Notes: generated from the sequence alone by a model not told the origin. DNA of 64,000 nt from Geosiphon pyriformis uo1 (GCA_016748015.1 JAAOMT010000400.1:578113-642112), one strand, 5' to 3'; shown: positions 1-13,720, counted from the first letter of the stretch. Numbers and translations: made by a program.

Positions 1-194
1 AGCAGATACTTGGTAATGTTGAATGGATTGTCAATACTGTTGTTGCATTGGCTGTGAAACAGGTTGATAATAGTCGGTTTGATATTGTGGTCTTGGTGGA
101 TAGTAAGCTGGTGGTAATGGTAGTTGGTAATAAGATTGTTGGGGCAAAGAATAACATTAATTACTCCTGTTTTGTTGGTCTCGTTGTAGCTTTC

Positions 195-1690
195 TGCAAT
201 TTCTTTTCCAGTGGCCAGAGATTTTACAGTAATGGCAATTCTGAGGCTGATTATTAGGAGATGATACAAAGTTGTTTTAATTCTGTCTTTGGGGTGGTTA
301 ATATCTTTGGGATTGCTGTTGTTGTTGGTTGGTGAAATAGTTTTTGACTTTCTTTGTGAGTTGGTCAATTTTCTCTTCAGCTGCTGAGCTGGTCTCTTCA
401 ATGGCTAAGTTCACGAGTTTTGTACAATTGGCTTCTTCTATGGCCATTTCATATCTCTTTGCATGCTGAATGACAGAGTTTAAATCTTCTGGGGCATGTG
501 GGTGAACCTTTTTAATCAGTTTATTCTTTAAACCAGTGATAAATTGATCTAAGATTTGAGCATTGGAATAATAATCATTAGTTTTAAGTTGGCAAATTTG
601 TCTGAGAAGTTTGTTGAATTTCCCAATATAAGTCATGACAGATTTGGAGGGTTCTTGTTTAATATAGCAAAAACAATTTCGAAGTGTAATTGAGGTGTTG
701 TTATCAGTGAATTGTTTTAAGAAGGCAGTTTTGAAAGCTGTCCAGTCATTAAAAAGGGTGGTCAAGTTTTTGAACCATTTGCCTGCTGTTCCTTTGAGAA
801 AGTAGGGAATTGTTCTTAACATTTTGGCAGCATTCCATCCATTTGCATCTCCAGCTTTAGTAACTTGGTTGAGCCATTCTTGGAGACTGGTCTCAATGTC
901 TTTTCCATTAAATTCAGGGATTTTTGCAATATATGCTGTCATTTCGTCTTCTTCATTTTTACTGTCTATTGATTTTTCTTTAGATATTTCAGAGTCATTT
1001 CCTTCATTCGCTGCTGTCTCAAAGTGTTTACTTAAATTTTCAGCTAGAAAGCCAAGGAGATTGGAACTAGTTTGAAAAAGTTCTTGTTGTCTGGTAGGAC
1101 TTCTGGGTGATGTAAAATTTTCTAGTCTTGCAAATCGATTTAAAGGTGAATTAGGTGTTTGTGCTTGTCCAAGTGAAGCTGGAAAAAGTGTGATAGTAAG
1201 TGGAAGTTTTGAACTGGTTTCTTGTTCAGGTGTTTGTAAGTGTTTGGCAGTTGTTTTTGGTAGTATTGGAGTATTTGGGGTGGTTTTTAAGTATTGCTTC
1301 AATTTTTGTTTGTCTTTGTTGCTTGTTTCTGTCTCTGATTCAAAATCAATAGTGTATTAAGACTGCACTGGATATGTTTCTTCACAGTACTTGATAATGT
1401 TAAAATTAAGTTCTTGAAAGTAAGTGGCAAGTGTTTTACTGTTAAGGTCTTTAGTTCCCAATTGTGAATAGTATACTAAATTATTGTAAAGGTTGCTTCT
1501 AACTTCTGAGATATTGTAATTTCCAAAAAAATAATTGTTGAAGTGGTTTTTAATGTATTGGTATACTAATTTCTTGACAACTTCAATTCCGTCTGGAATG
1601 TTGAATCTTTGCTTGCAGTAGTTGTAAATTGACTGGTAATACTTTAGAGTTGTTGTGTCTGGTGTGATCACTACTTTGAAGTTGTTTTTG
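195..1690 (-). pseudogene. gag: Family A gag (N-terminal helical domain, retrotransposon capsid domain, CCHC knuckle), interrupted by stops
   Basis: ORFs 1357-1671 and 298-1302 (IAKIPEFNG...WLNQVTKAGDANGW...IPYFLKGTAGKWF...IKQEPSKSVMTY); degenerate CHYC..GHW knuckle near 200-235. Confidence 0.85.
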
Positions 1691-1701
1691 CTGTGTTGTT
1701 T

Positions 1702-1717
1702 CTATGAAAGAGCACCA
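1702..1717 (-). promoter_or_regulatory. Primer binding site, family A
   Basis: TGGTGCTC... 2 nt downstream of the LTR end GGTAACA on the minus strand. Confidence 0.8.
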
Positions 1718-1719
1718 AA

Positions 1720-2703
1720 TGTTACCGGAGGTTTTTAGTCTCTTTTTCTAAATGTTGTTGATGCCTGTTTGTTGTGAATTCACGTTTTCTGGATGTGGTT
1801 GAACCTCCAGTAACTGAATTTATTTTCAAATTATCTCCTATAATTTGAACTGCTGGGCTTATAAGTGGAATGGCCAATTCCATGCCAGTTGCTTCATGTA
1901 GTTACATTGTAGTAAACATCAACTTTTTTCCAGAAATTGCTTGTCTGGAAGCTCATTAAAAATGTGTAGTTACTTTGCTGTGAAAGTCAACTCTTCTACA
2001 GGAATCTTGTCTGTAGACTACCCTAATGATTATAATATGAAAATAAAAAAAAGAAAATAAAAGAAATGTAAAAGAAATAGAATTTTATCAAGAAAAACGT
2101 TTTTTTATTCAGGCCTGGAGTTACTAACAGTTTACTGAAATTGGTAGCTAATCAATTTCAAAATGTTAGTTGGGTTTTGGGGATTTTCCAAATGCAATAA
2201 TTAAAGAATTTGGTTTTTTAAATTATTTGATATTTATTTCTTTTTGTGTGTATAGGAATGGTTCTAAGTAAATAAATCTAAAGTAAGATATATTTTCTCG
2301 AAGAGAGAAGCTTTTCTTTTATACAACTTGTTGTAACACTATTCCATGAACTTGAACTTTGCTCTTTTCTACAATTTTGTTAAACTAAAGATACATTTCG
2401 GCAAACTACAAGTTATTTCTGCAAACTATTAGATATTTCGGTGAACTATTAATTATTTTGGCAAATTTCTACAAATTTTGGTGAACTTTTAAATGTTACA
2501 TATTTCGAGGTATTGCATAATTGATCATTACAATTAGGTTACATTTATGTTATATGCAAATTGGATTATTAATTAAATGATAATTTCAGACATTTTGCTA
2601 ATGTAATAAGTAATAATTTGAAATAATAATATATGCTAATTAATAATAAGGATTATAAAGATAATTTTATGCTAAATAATATCTCTAATTTTGTTTGGTA
2701 ACA
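1720..2703 (-). repeat. LTR-A (5' LTR), 984 bp
   Basis: TG...CA ends with terminal inverted repeat TGTTACC/GGTAACA; close copies at 12719-13720 and 63806-64000; ~20-bp TATTTCGG(C/T)(A/G)AACTA tandem repeats near 2390-2490. Confidence 0.92.
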
Positions 2704-5508
2704 ATGCCCTTGCCAAGCTGGACTTGCTGACAACAGCAATGTCACTTCTCTAATTTGCAAAGCACAAGTGACTGGTTACTTTATTGACTTAATTCTAGAC
2801 AGTAGATTATCTGTTAGTGTAATTACCAAACACTTCCTTAAAGCAATTGGCAGAAAAATTGATGAGCCTTCCACCTGACCAATAACCAACATATATGGTA
2901 ACAAGAAGAAAGATCTGGACATTGCCAAAGCTATTCTTGTCTGCATCAATGGCATTAGTATTGAAACTGACATGGAAGTTTCTAAAGCTAAAAAATACAC
3001 TATCATTGTTAACAATAAGTGGCTCAAGAAAGCAAAAGCCTTACTTGACTATGAACTTTGTGAGCTAACCATAAGATGTGATGAAAAACCCATTGTGATT
3101 AAATGTCGCCATTAGACAACTCCTCCAGCAACCAAACAAAACCAAGAAGATGAGCAGAGGAATCAGATGATGAAGAGAGTGATGAAAAAGATGAACAAGA
3201 AGAACAAAAAAAAACTGCTGAACTCGCCTATATTACCTTCACCAGCAATGGCAAGCCATTAAACAATATTAAAGCTGATAAAAAGGGAATCATTGTGAAT
3301 GGCAAGTTGATCTGCTGGCCCTACTATAATATCCTAAGAAGAACTTATGACCAGAAGCCTAACAAGAAAGCCAAGTACCATTATTGATGGCATAGTCCTT
3401 ATGCCTGGTGCTGGTACAACCAACCCTTGTATTCTTCAAGTGATGAATGCAAATCATGTCTGATCTATTACAAAGATTGGGAACCAATTAGTTTGATACC
3501 TAGAGATAAATTAAAAGAAGTACAAAAGTCTTTTGAGAATAAACCACCTAAGATCCAATTATTAGTAGTAAAACAAAGAGAACCCTCTTCAGAAGAAAGA
3601 AAGATAGACATTGAAAATCCGTTGACAAGAAACAGTCCAGTTATCTCAAAAGAAGGTAATACCCCAGAACAAATCCATGTGATATAACTCACTATTACCA
3701 CCAGAAAAACTCACCCCATCTATCTGAAGTCTTACCAATCCAATTGCCAAAATAATGAGTTCATTAAGAAAGAAATAAACCAGATAAAAGAACTTGGATT
3801 CATATAAGAAACCAAAAGTGAATGGGCTTTCTCAGTTGTAGTGGTATCCAAAAAAGATGGAACCTACACTTCTGTGTTGACTACTGCCAATTAAATGCCA
3901 TCACTAAAAGAGACATATACCCACTTTCCAAGATTGATGCAATGCTAGACCAATTTAAAGATGCTGCTTTCTTTTTAATTATTGATCTAACTGCTGGATT
4001 CTGGCAAGTAGAGATGGATCCAGAAAGCCAAAAGAAAACTGCCTTCATTACCAAGTATGGCACCTATGAATTTACAGTCATGCCTTTTGGTCTCATCAAT
4101 GCCCCTCTCACCTTTCAATGCTTAATGGATAAAGTATTTAAATCAATGAAAAAAAACTTTGTTCTGGTCTATCTAGACAATATAATGGTGTACTCAAAAA
4201 CCTGGGATGAACACCTTGAACATTTGCAAAAGGTTTTTGATCTTCTTAGAAATGCAGGTCTCAAGATCAACCCAATCAAATCTTTTTTTGGAAGACAATC
4301 CACCCAATTCCTTGGCCATCTTATTACAAAAGATGGAATCTTCTCTGATTCAGCCAAAGTGGAAAAAGTTCAAAACATAAAACAACCAATGAATGTTTAT
4401 GAATTATGTTCTTTTCTTGGTTTGGCCTCCTATTATCACAAATTTGTTAAGGATTTCTCCAAAATTGCCTTTCCATTCAATTAGCTACTCAGAAAAAATG
4501 TCAACTACTATTGGGGCACACATCAGCAGAAAGCATTTGAAACTCTTAAAGAAAAATTGGTTACAGAACCTATTCTCAAGCAACCTGATTTGGATCAACT
4601 TTTTATCCTTTACACTGATGCATCTGGCTATGGACTTGGTGCTGTTCTCTCACAAAAAGATGAAGATGGCAGGGAACATGCAATAATCTATGCCAGTAGA
4701 ACTCTTACACCAGCAGAAAAAAACTATTCAGTTACTGAGCAGGAATGCTTAGCAGTAGTTTGGGCTACCAGCTACTGAGATAAGTATCTTCTTGGTGTGA
4801 AGTTTTTGGTGGTAACAAATCACCAAGCTTTGGTTTGACTGCGCAACAAAAAAAGGCTAAAACATAAATGGATAGTTCACTGGATACTCCACTTGGATGA
4901 ATTCGACTATGATATTCAACACCATAAAAGAGCTAATTATTAAAATGCTAACACTCTCTCCAGACTTACTACCAAGTAACAGTACAACCTCCCAAACCAA
5001 ACCAACCTAATTATTAGTAATTTTCTTACAACCAAACATGATAATAGAATTTTTGGGTAAAGGACAATACCCACTGGAATACACTCAACAGCAAAGAAAA
5101 CATTTGTGCAAACAATCAAATTTTTATTTGATCCACCAGAACCAATTATATAAAAAAAATAGAAAAGATTCTGACTGCCTCCAGAGAGTTATAAGATTTG
5201 AAGAAAGAGAAATTGTGATCTACAACATGCACACTGATCCATTAGCTAGACACTTTGGAAAAACAAAAACAATTCAGAAAACTCTAACTTGCTATTATTG
5301 GTCTATCTTGGGAAAAGACATTGCTGAGTACATTAAAATCTGTGATACCTGCCAAAGAAGAGAAAAACCCAATTGCAAAGAAGACATCTATCCAATCTCT
5401 GTTGGCCAACTTTTTGACAGAATTGGTATAGATGTTGTTAGACCATTAACAGTAACTCCTAATGGCAACAGATACATTATTACAGCTACTGACTATCTTA
5501 CAAAGTGG
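2704..5508 (+). pseudogene. pol: Family C pol, 5' part (protease, Cys-rich linker, RT, RNase H, integrase zinc-binding domain and start of core)
   Basis: LILDS protease motif; RT motifs FCVDY, DLTAGFWQV, VMPFGLINAP, YLDNI; RNase H YTDASGYGLGAVL; integrase H..H..C..C and IGIDV; many in-frame stops. Confidence 0.92.
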
Positions 5509-6388
5509 TGTTATAGGTGATTATTTCTGCTGTTGAATTAAATAACAACCCATAACTTGGTGCTCAAAAGCTACTTCCATGGATAAGGTTCTACAAGTAT
5601 TGTATCTGAAAGTTTTAATGGAGTTCTTTATATAATGGACAGAGATTCAATAATGTTGATAGTAGATGTATCTTTCCAAGAGTTTTCCCAATTTCTTTCT
5701 CAGCATGGTGGCTGGATTTAGTCTGGCAGTTGTGCCCTTCTGGTAAGCTATCTGATAATATATAAAATCCTACCCTTATTTCTGGGTCTTTTACCAGACT
5801 ATTCTAGACGTCAATAACTCAGTGCTTACTCTTTTAATCAATTAGTATACAACAACAAAATCAAAGAAATAAAGAAAATAAAATAAAGAAAATAAAATAA
5901 GAAAATAGAGAAAATAAGCCAAGGCAATTTGGTACATTAGTATTTCGTCAATAGCCATAATCAAGAGCTATTGTTCCAACATGATTAAGTATCAATTACT
6001 ATCAACATAAAGTATTGATAGTAGAGAGTGAGTTGAGATATAAAATAATTCTTTATTTGATGATTTTGTCTCTAGGCTAAGGATTCTATGGTATCAATTC
6101 TGTCTTTTCTGTTTCTACTACTACTGTTATATATACATATTTGAGATTCCCCAATTCCTTAATTCTTTATGACGGGAATCCTGGGATTCCTGGAATCTTG
6201 CAATTCCTGATGAGAGAAATCCTGGAATTCTGCAATTCTGCAATTCCTCATTGGGGAATCCTGAAATTCCTGGAATCCTGCAATTTCTCTGAGAGAAATT
6301 CTGGAATTCCACATTTACTATGTCTATCTTTGATTGGCTAATATCTACTGACTAATAATACTATATTTCCTATATTCTATGAGTAACA
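5509..6388 (-). repeat. LTR-B (3' LTR)
   Basis: Direct repeat of 15761-16640; GGAATTGCAGGATTCC-type U3 repeats and a TATA-like element. Confidence 0.95.
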
Positions 6389-6401
6389 TTATCCTCTCTT
6401 T

Positions 6402-7061
6402 TTAATATTGAGCTCCATTGAAATCCAGCTCATTTAATTCCCCCTCTTGAAGTATTTCCTGAATTTTGTTTTCAAGAATTACTTGTGTTATTTGAGTCTA
6501 TAATTCTTCAAATTGAGCATTGGTGATCTTTCCTAATTGATTACTGGTAACCATATTCATTGCTTTGTTGAGTAATATTTCTGGTCTATTCTGAAATGCT
6601 GTGTGTATTTGGTATATGGCTCGGGCCTGTGTAGATAAGTTGTTCTTTCCCACAAAATGTTCTAATTGTTGTAGTATTCTTTTGTCGAATAATCACTTTG
6701 TTTTATCCGTATATAAATTCTGGATATTTACGTGTTGTCCCAAATAAAAATAACAATAGTTTTGTGGAAATTGTTGTATCCACCAATTCCAAGTTTCTTC
6801 AGTCAACTCTTGATATAGTGACTCTTTTGTCGACTCTTTTATTGCTAATTTTACTTTCGCAATGATTTTGTTCACCATATTTTCAGTTTTCTTCTGTGTT
6901 CTGGATTGTAATGTCTTTCTAATATTTTGATATCGAATGATTTGTTAATTGATTGTAATCTCCATTTCCTGGTGTTGGATCAATTGAAAGAGTTGTTGTG
7001 CTAGTGAGTGAATGTTGTCTGTAATTTCCATTTTTCTGATATTTCTTGTCACATCGACCAT
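6402..7061 (-). pseudogene. Family B ORF3 (sense ORF between integrase and PPT), function unknown
   Basis: Homologous to 56492-57145 (WNWWIQQF...YCYFYLGQHVNIQ); contains in-frame stops. Confidence 0.75.
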
Positions 7062-10000
7062 GTTCTTATATATTCTTTTGTTGATCAATTGGACATGTTG
7101 TTGTCAATGATAATGATTGGTTCCAGATCTCGTGGAATCTTATCTGGTTGGACTAGTATTCTCTGTACTTCTAATTGTGGAATATTACTGGTGGATGATA
7201 ATACTATATGGTGGTATGGTTTTAGTCGATCTCCATGTGCTGCTTTGGTCAAGATTTTGTTATTCAATCTTAATTTGTAAGCTCTATTTCCTAGAATTTT
7301 TTCTATGTGAAATGGTCCATCCCATTTGGGATCAAATTTTCCACTCTATTGTTTTTCTATTTTGGTACAATGTAATAGTACTTTGTCTCCAATCCTGAAT
7401 TCAACTGGTTTATCTGGTAGTTGGTTATCGTGTCTTTCTTTTTGTTTCTCTTGTGACTTTTGTATGTTATCAGCTGCTCTTTGTTGTTTGTTTTCTAATG
7501 TTTCTATTAAGTCATATGTCCTTCTCAACAATATATTTTTGAAATTCTCTTCTGTTATTGGTTCAGTTGGGTATGTGCTGACTTCTATTTCTACTGGTAG
7601 TGTTGCTGTTCTACTATATACTAATTTAAATAGTGTTGCTTGTGTAGTATCTTGCTTCATTGTCCAATAAACAAATAGTACTGATAGTATCAACAAATCT
7701 CAATTGTTCTGGTTTTCTTGGCTGAGTTTAGCTATTGCTTTACACAATGTTCTGTTGAATCTTTCGACTAATCCATTGGTTTGTGGATGGTATAGTAATA
7801 ATAGTGGTCTCTTAATTCCGAATCTTTGGCTCAATTCTGTTAATGTTTTGTTCACAATATAAGTTCCTTAGTCTGATAATAATTCTTTTGGACATCCATG
7901 TTAACAGATCAAATCCTAATGAACAAATTTGGCAATGAATTCTGCATCTGCTCTTTGAATTGCTTTTGCCTCTGGCCATTTAGTGAGATAGTCTATAGCT
8001 ACTGCTATGTACCTGTTCTCTCCGCTGGTAATTGTTAATAGTCTGACTAGATCAATTCCAACACAGTCGAATGGTTGTCCTACTTTGATTAGTCTTAACA
8101 GTTCACTGGGTTTCATATCTTTTCTTCACTGACAAGCATCACAATTTTGAACATATTGGATAATGTCTGAATATATTGATGGCCAATAGTATCTTTTTCT
8201 GGTTCTTTCTATGGTTGCTTCTTTGTGAAAATGTCCTGCTGTTGAATTTGAGTGCATGTTGAATAATATTGTCTCTTTTTCTGGTTCTGTAATTACTCTG
8301 GTTGGTTGATCTGAATCTTTTCTATTTTTCCGATAAAGTATATTTTGGTGAGTGATAAAATATTTTGATTGTTGTTTGATACTCTTTTGTTCTGTTTGAG
8401 ATAAATTCTCTTTGAACTGTTGAGTGTTTATATAATGTTAAAGTTGTTGATATTTTTGTATGTTCATCTTTTGTTATATTTTTTGTTGGTATTGTTCTGG
8501 TTTTGTTATATTTTTTTGTGTTAAAATGTTCTTAGATTTGTCTCATTTGTGACAAACTGTTAGCATTTTTATTGTCTTTTCCTTTTTTTGTAATGTATAG
8601 TATAATTGTATAGTGCAAGTGCTATTTTCTATCTTGACTGTCTTTCATCTCCAAATTCTTGTTTTTGGAGTGATGTTAATCCCTTGTGATCTGTGTATAT
8701 TTCAAACTTCTGGCTCAAGTATTTTTTTCATTTCATGACTGACCAGTATATTGCTAAGTGTTCTTGTTCCAATGTTCCATAGTTTTTTTCAGCTGGTGTT
8801 AAACCTCTGCTGGCATATGCTACTAGATGTTCTCTGTCATCTGGTTCTCTTTGAAATAATACTGCTCCCAATGCTTGGCCAGATGCATTGGTGGTGATAA
8901 TAAATGGTTTGCTGTGATCTGGATAGATCAGTACTGGAGCTTGAATGAGCTTTCTTTTCAAAATGTCAAAAGCTTCTTGTTGACTTTCTGCCCATTCATA
9001 TTTGGTATTCTTGGTTTGCAGTTGGTTGAGTGGCTGTGCTATCTTGGAAAAGTTCTTGATAAAATGTTGATAGTAGCTGGCAAATCCCAAGAATGATTTC
9101 AGTTCTATCATATTGGTCAGCACTGAAAAGTTCTTTACTATCTCTATTTTCTCTGGATCTGTTTTAATGCCATCTTTGCTGACTATGTGTCCTAAGAATT
9201 TTAGTTCTGTTTTGCCGAAAAAGCATTTTGTTGCATTTAACTTTAGTCTTGCTCTTCTTAGTCTTTCAAACACTTGTTGAAGATGATGAAGATGATCATT
9301 AAACGTTTTTGAAAATACATTGGTGTTGTTCAAGTATATAACTACTGATTTCCACAATAAGCCAGTATAGACAATTTCTATTAGCCGTTGAAAAGTGGCT
9401 GGTGCATTGGTTAAACCGAATGGCATTACTTCAAATTCAAAATTCTCTTCTCTTGTGGTAAATGCCGTCTTCTCTTTGTCAGCTGGATCCATGGCCACTT
9501 GCCAGTAACTACTGTCCAAGTCTAATGTTGAGAACCATTTGTTCCCACCAAAAGCATCAAATAATTCCTGTATCCGTGGAGTTGGATAGCTGTTTCCATG
9601 AGTTACACCATTGAGTTTTTTGTAGTCCACACAAAATTGGATCTTTCCATTCTTCTTACAAACAAGTACTACTGGTGATGACTATGGGCTCATCGATGGC
9701 TAAATTAGCCCATTGTCAAGCATTTGGTTTATCTTTTGCCAAATAATCTCGTGGCTGGCTGGTGGTACTCTGTATGCTCTTTGTTTAATTGGCATTGCAT
9801 CTCCAGTCTTGATCTGATGCTGGATGATGTCAGTTTGGCCAAACTTGTTTTTGCTGGCAAAAATGTCATTGAACTGGTTGAGCAACATCTTGAGTTGCAT
9901 ACGTTAGAGTGGATCTAAGTTTTCCATGTTCATTTGTTTCAATTGTTTTGGTTGGAGCAAATAACATTCACTCCATCTGTATATTGTTTGTGATGTGATA

Positions 10001-10368
10001 TCAACATATCCACAAAGTTATGGAAAGTCTGGAATAAGGTTTGGTGGTTGATCCTTCATTTCAGTGTTTAAATATCCAATAATGGTTTCGGCTGGTATTT
10101 TTATGACATTTCCTGTATTGTTGTAGATAGAAATTTTGATGTGGCTGTAATCTTTGGCTGGTATGTGGAGATTGATGAGTCCAACTTCTCCTAATTCACA
10201 AAGACTAGCTTCTGCTTTGAAAATTTGTGCTTGGTCTTTTTTCTTTCTTTCTATTGCTAGCATGTACTGGTTATATGGTGGAATAGAAATAGCTTGACCG
10301 GTTGAGATAATTTCTCTTTGGCCAACAATTTCTTCCTCCGCCATATTAACTGGTACATTTATTCTACT

Positions 10369-10758
10369 CATTGATCCGAATCCCTGTATTTCTCTCACTG
10401 TTATTCTTAATTCCTCCCTCTTTCCCACTAATACTAACTAAGCTACTCTAACCAGAGGCAGGAATATTGCCTGTGCTATCTTTTTGTTGGGCTCTATTAT
10501 ATAGGTCTTTTCTGAGTCATTTTGTAACATAGCAATGATATTTTCTACATATCTCATGTCAATTATTCCTCCTCTTATATTAATCCCTCTTTTTGTTAAA
10601 CTATTCCTAAATGCTAGTTGAACCATCGTTGTTGCTGGAATTTTCAGTACTATTTTTAAATCAATGCAGGTGCGCATATGTGGTTCTAATTTGATGGCTT
10701 CTGTTCCTGAATATCTCAGATCAAATCCTGCATTAGTATTGTGTGCGCATTCTGGCAT
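10369..10758 (-). pseudogene. dut: Trimeric-type dUTPase domain within family B pol
   Basis: All five motifs recognisable: AGFDL, RNSL (RSSL in copy 2), GGIIDMRY (GIIDAGY in copy 2), KIAQ, REIQGFGS. Confidence 0.9.
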
Positions 10759-12718
10759 AATACTTTCATTATTATTGCTGAACCATTTCAGTTCTTGTTC
10801 CTTGGTAAGATCTGGAAGCACAATATATTGTTTATAGTTTGAGTTGGAGTTTGAATCTGAGTTTGAATCATCTTTGTTGTCCTTGCCATTTTGAATGGAG
10901 CTGGAACTGGTGTTTTCATCGTTATCGTCGGAGTCTGGATTGCGATTAATTAGCAATTCTGATTCCGATGCACAGCTGCTGATTGGTTCTTCTTCTTCAG
11001 GGATCGTGTAGATCATGCATGGCAGTGGATTGTAAATGAGGTCACAATCATCACAATATTCAAAGTCACTGGGAATTAAACAATGGCAACACAGTTTTGT
11101 ATTTAACTGTGCTAGCCATTGTTTTTGCTCTTCTCTAGTGGGTGCCAAGTTTTGGTAATGTTCATAGAACTCTTCTGGTTCCAGAAAATTTATGACTGGC
11201 TCTTCATCCCAGTCAAGCTCGATGGGTTCTGATGGGTTGTTTTTAATTGTCCTGATTTCTTCTGGCGACGCGCCTTCAATTTTTGTGATTGCCATCTGCC
11301 ATATTTCATTATTGTCATGTGAACAACTGTCTAATCACTGTACAGCTTTTCTCCAGGTGGCTTCTATGGGTGTTTCTTTCTCGACCCAGTTACTGATGAG
11401 GATCGTGTATTGGCAGAACACGTCGCATATTCCTTCTCTCCCCAGAATGTTATTCTACATTTCTTTGTCGAGAAGAGTTTTTCCACAGGCTATACATGGT
11501 GTATTATCCCATTTTCTTACTCGTTTTGGTCTTCCAAAACATTTGACACGGCATGTGTGGCAATAGAACTTGGTTGCCATCTGATATTCTTTATCGTCGC
11601 CACAGCATGCGCCTATTGATGACAATTTCTTGCCGCAATCAACGCATATCAGTTTGGGTCGGCGATAGGTCAATGATTGTTGTTGACTGTAGGTGTATGG
11701 AATATAAGTGTTGTTGGCTTGAGTGGTTTCTTTCTTCCTTTTCTTCTTTCCACTCCCAACTCAATGGTTCTTTTTGTTTGTTGTCAGTCCAAGTCAAATC
11801 GTCTGTTTCCCAGGTCAGTTCCTCTTTTTGCTTTCTCTTTGGGTTGTCATTCCATGAGAGTATCAGTAGTAGTTCATTGTGGTTGGCATCAGCCCAGGAG
11901 ACTTGGTAAGCTTCCCAGGTAGGTTTTTTTTTCTTTTCCTCCAGTTTGATCAATAGTTTTTCTCTTGGAGGAGTCTTGAAATGGCCACACATGGCTGGTA
12001 CATGTATGTGTTGGCCCTGATATGTTAGCTGGAGTTCCTGGGTGTTCCAGTCTAATGTCGCATTGACTTTGAATAGCCAGTCATTACCAATGAGAGCTTG
12101 GTATTGGGTGGCTTTCATCACTAGAACTTTAATAAAAGTCATGATGCTATTGATTTTGCTGATTGGAGTTTTGGTCACTCTATCAGCTGTGATAATTCTG
12201 GTACTAGCAGCTCGATCTATGAATTGTCGTGTGATAATGCTGCCTGCTGAACCACTGTCAAGAATTAGTTTAATGTGATGGCCATCAATTTTCACATCAG
12301 CATACATGGCAGTAATTGGCTTTTCTTCCAGTGCAGCTTCACTAAATAATGGCGTGTTTGACAGTTCCTCAAGTTCAAATAGAAAAATGGTGTTCAGTGA
12401 TTTGTTGTTGGTGACTGTTGCTGGCAGAATATTGCTGGTATGTGTTTGTTGTTTTTGGGTGGGTTTCTGGTTGCTGAGTGAGGTGTCTTCTGGGGTAACC
12501 AGAAGACTTAAATAGTTCTGGAAATTCGGGTTTTGGGAATTCCCGGTGCCTGAATTCTGTTGACGAGATCCTGTTTGACTGAAGGGGCTGGGAATCAGCT
12601 GATGAACTACTATCAACGATCTCCAGTTTTGCTGCGTGATTCTTGGCCTTTGGATTCCGCTGGCTGGTAAGTTTTGTGGTGGGGTCTAAATCGTTTGGGG
12701 TTGATAAATTGTTGATGG

Positions 12719-13720
12719 TGTTACCAGAGGTTTTTGGTCTCTTTTCTTAAATGTTGTTAATGTTGATTTGTTGTGAATTCACGTTTCCAGGAAGTAGTTG
12801 GACCTCCAGTAACTGAATTTATCTTCAAATTATCTCCTATAATTTGAACTTGTTGGGCTTATGAGTGGAATGGCCAATTCCATGCCAGTTGTTTTATGTA
12901 GTTACATTGTAGTAAACATCAACTCTTTCCCAGGAATTGCTTGTTTGGAAGCTCACAAAAAATGTGTAGTTACTTTGCTGTGAAAGTCAACTCTTCTACA
13001 GAAATCTTGTCTGTAGACTACTCTAATAATTGTAATAAGAAAAGAAAAGAAAAATAAAAGAAATGTAAAAGAAATAGAATTTTATCAAGAGAAACGTTTT
13101 TCTATCCAGGCCTGGAGTCACTAACAGTTTACTGAAATTGGTAGCTAATCAATTTCAAAATGTTAGTTGGGTTTTGGGGATTTTCCAAGTGCAATAATTA
13201 AAGAATTTGGTTTTTCGAATTATTTGATATTTATTTCTTTTTGTGTACGTAGAAATGGTTTTTAAGTAATAAATCTAAAGTAAGATACATTTTCTCAAAG
13301 AGAGATGCTTTTCTTTTATACAACTTGTCGTAACACTATTCTATGAACTTGAACTTTGCTATTTTCTACAATTTTGCTAAACTAAAGATACATTTCGGTG
13401 AACTACAAGTTATTTCTGCAAATTATTAAATATTTCAGTGAACTATCAATTATTTCGGCAAACTATCAATTATTTCGGCAAATTTCTACAAATTTCAGCA
13501 AACTTTTGAATGTTATATAGTTCGGAGTATTGCATGATTTGATCATTGCAATTAGGTTACATTTGTGTTGTGTACAAATTGAGTTATTAATTAAATGATA
13601 ATTTCGGACATTTTGCTAATGTAATAAGTGATAATTTGAAACAATAATATATGCTAATTAATGATAGGATTTATAAGATAATTTCATGCTAAATAATATT
13701 TCTAATTTTATCTGGTAACA
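12719..13720 (-). repeat. Solo LTR-A inserted in family B gag
   Basis: TGTTACC...GGTAACA; flanks ATGG/GTGG (4-bp TSD with one transition); no PBS or PPT adjacent; the B Gln/Pro-rich gag continues on both sides. Confidence 0.92.

Larger units (their letters stand above)
1..2703 (-). mobile_element. Ty3/Gypsy family A element, 5' part (5' LTR, PBS, gag); runs off the left edge; inserted into family C copy 1
   Basis: LTR at 1720-2703 bounded by TGTTACC...GGTAACA; on the minus strand it is followed by TT and TGGTGCTC, then Gag ORFs. Family C pol sequence starts immediately at 2704. Confidence 0.9.

Noticed and set aside
2704-5508. Alternative genetic code or readthrough explaining the many in-frame stops
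   Set aside because: Stops fall at different positions in paralogous copies and correspond to TGG, CAA, CAG or CGA in the other copy; the FMO gene uses the standard code.
6140-6312. Regularly repeated GGAATTCC-like units resembling a CRISPR array, and the ORFs over them (6127-6341, 16393-16593)
   Set aside because: No unique spacers and no cas genes; these are U3 tandem repeats inside LTR-B, and the ORFs are translation artefacts.
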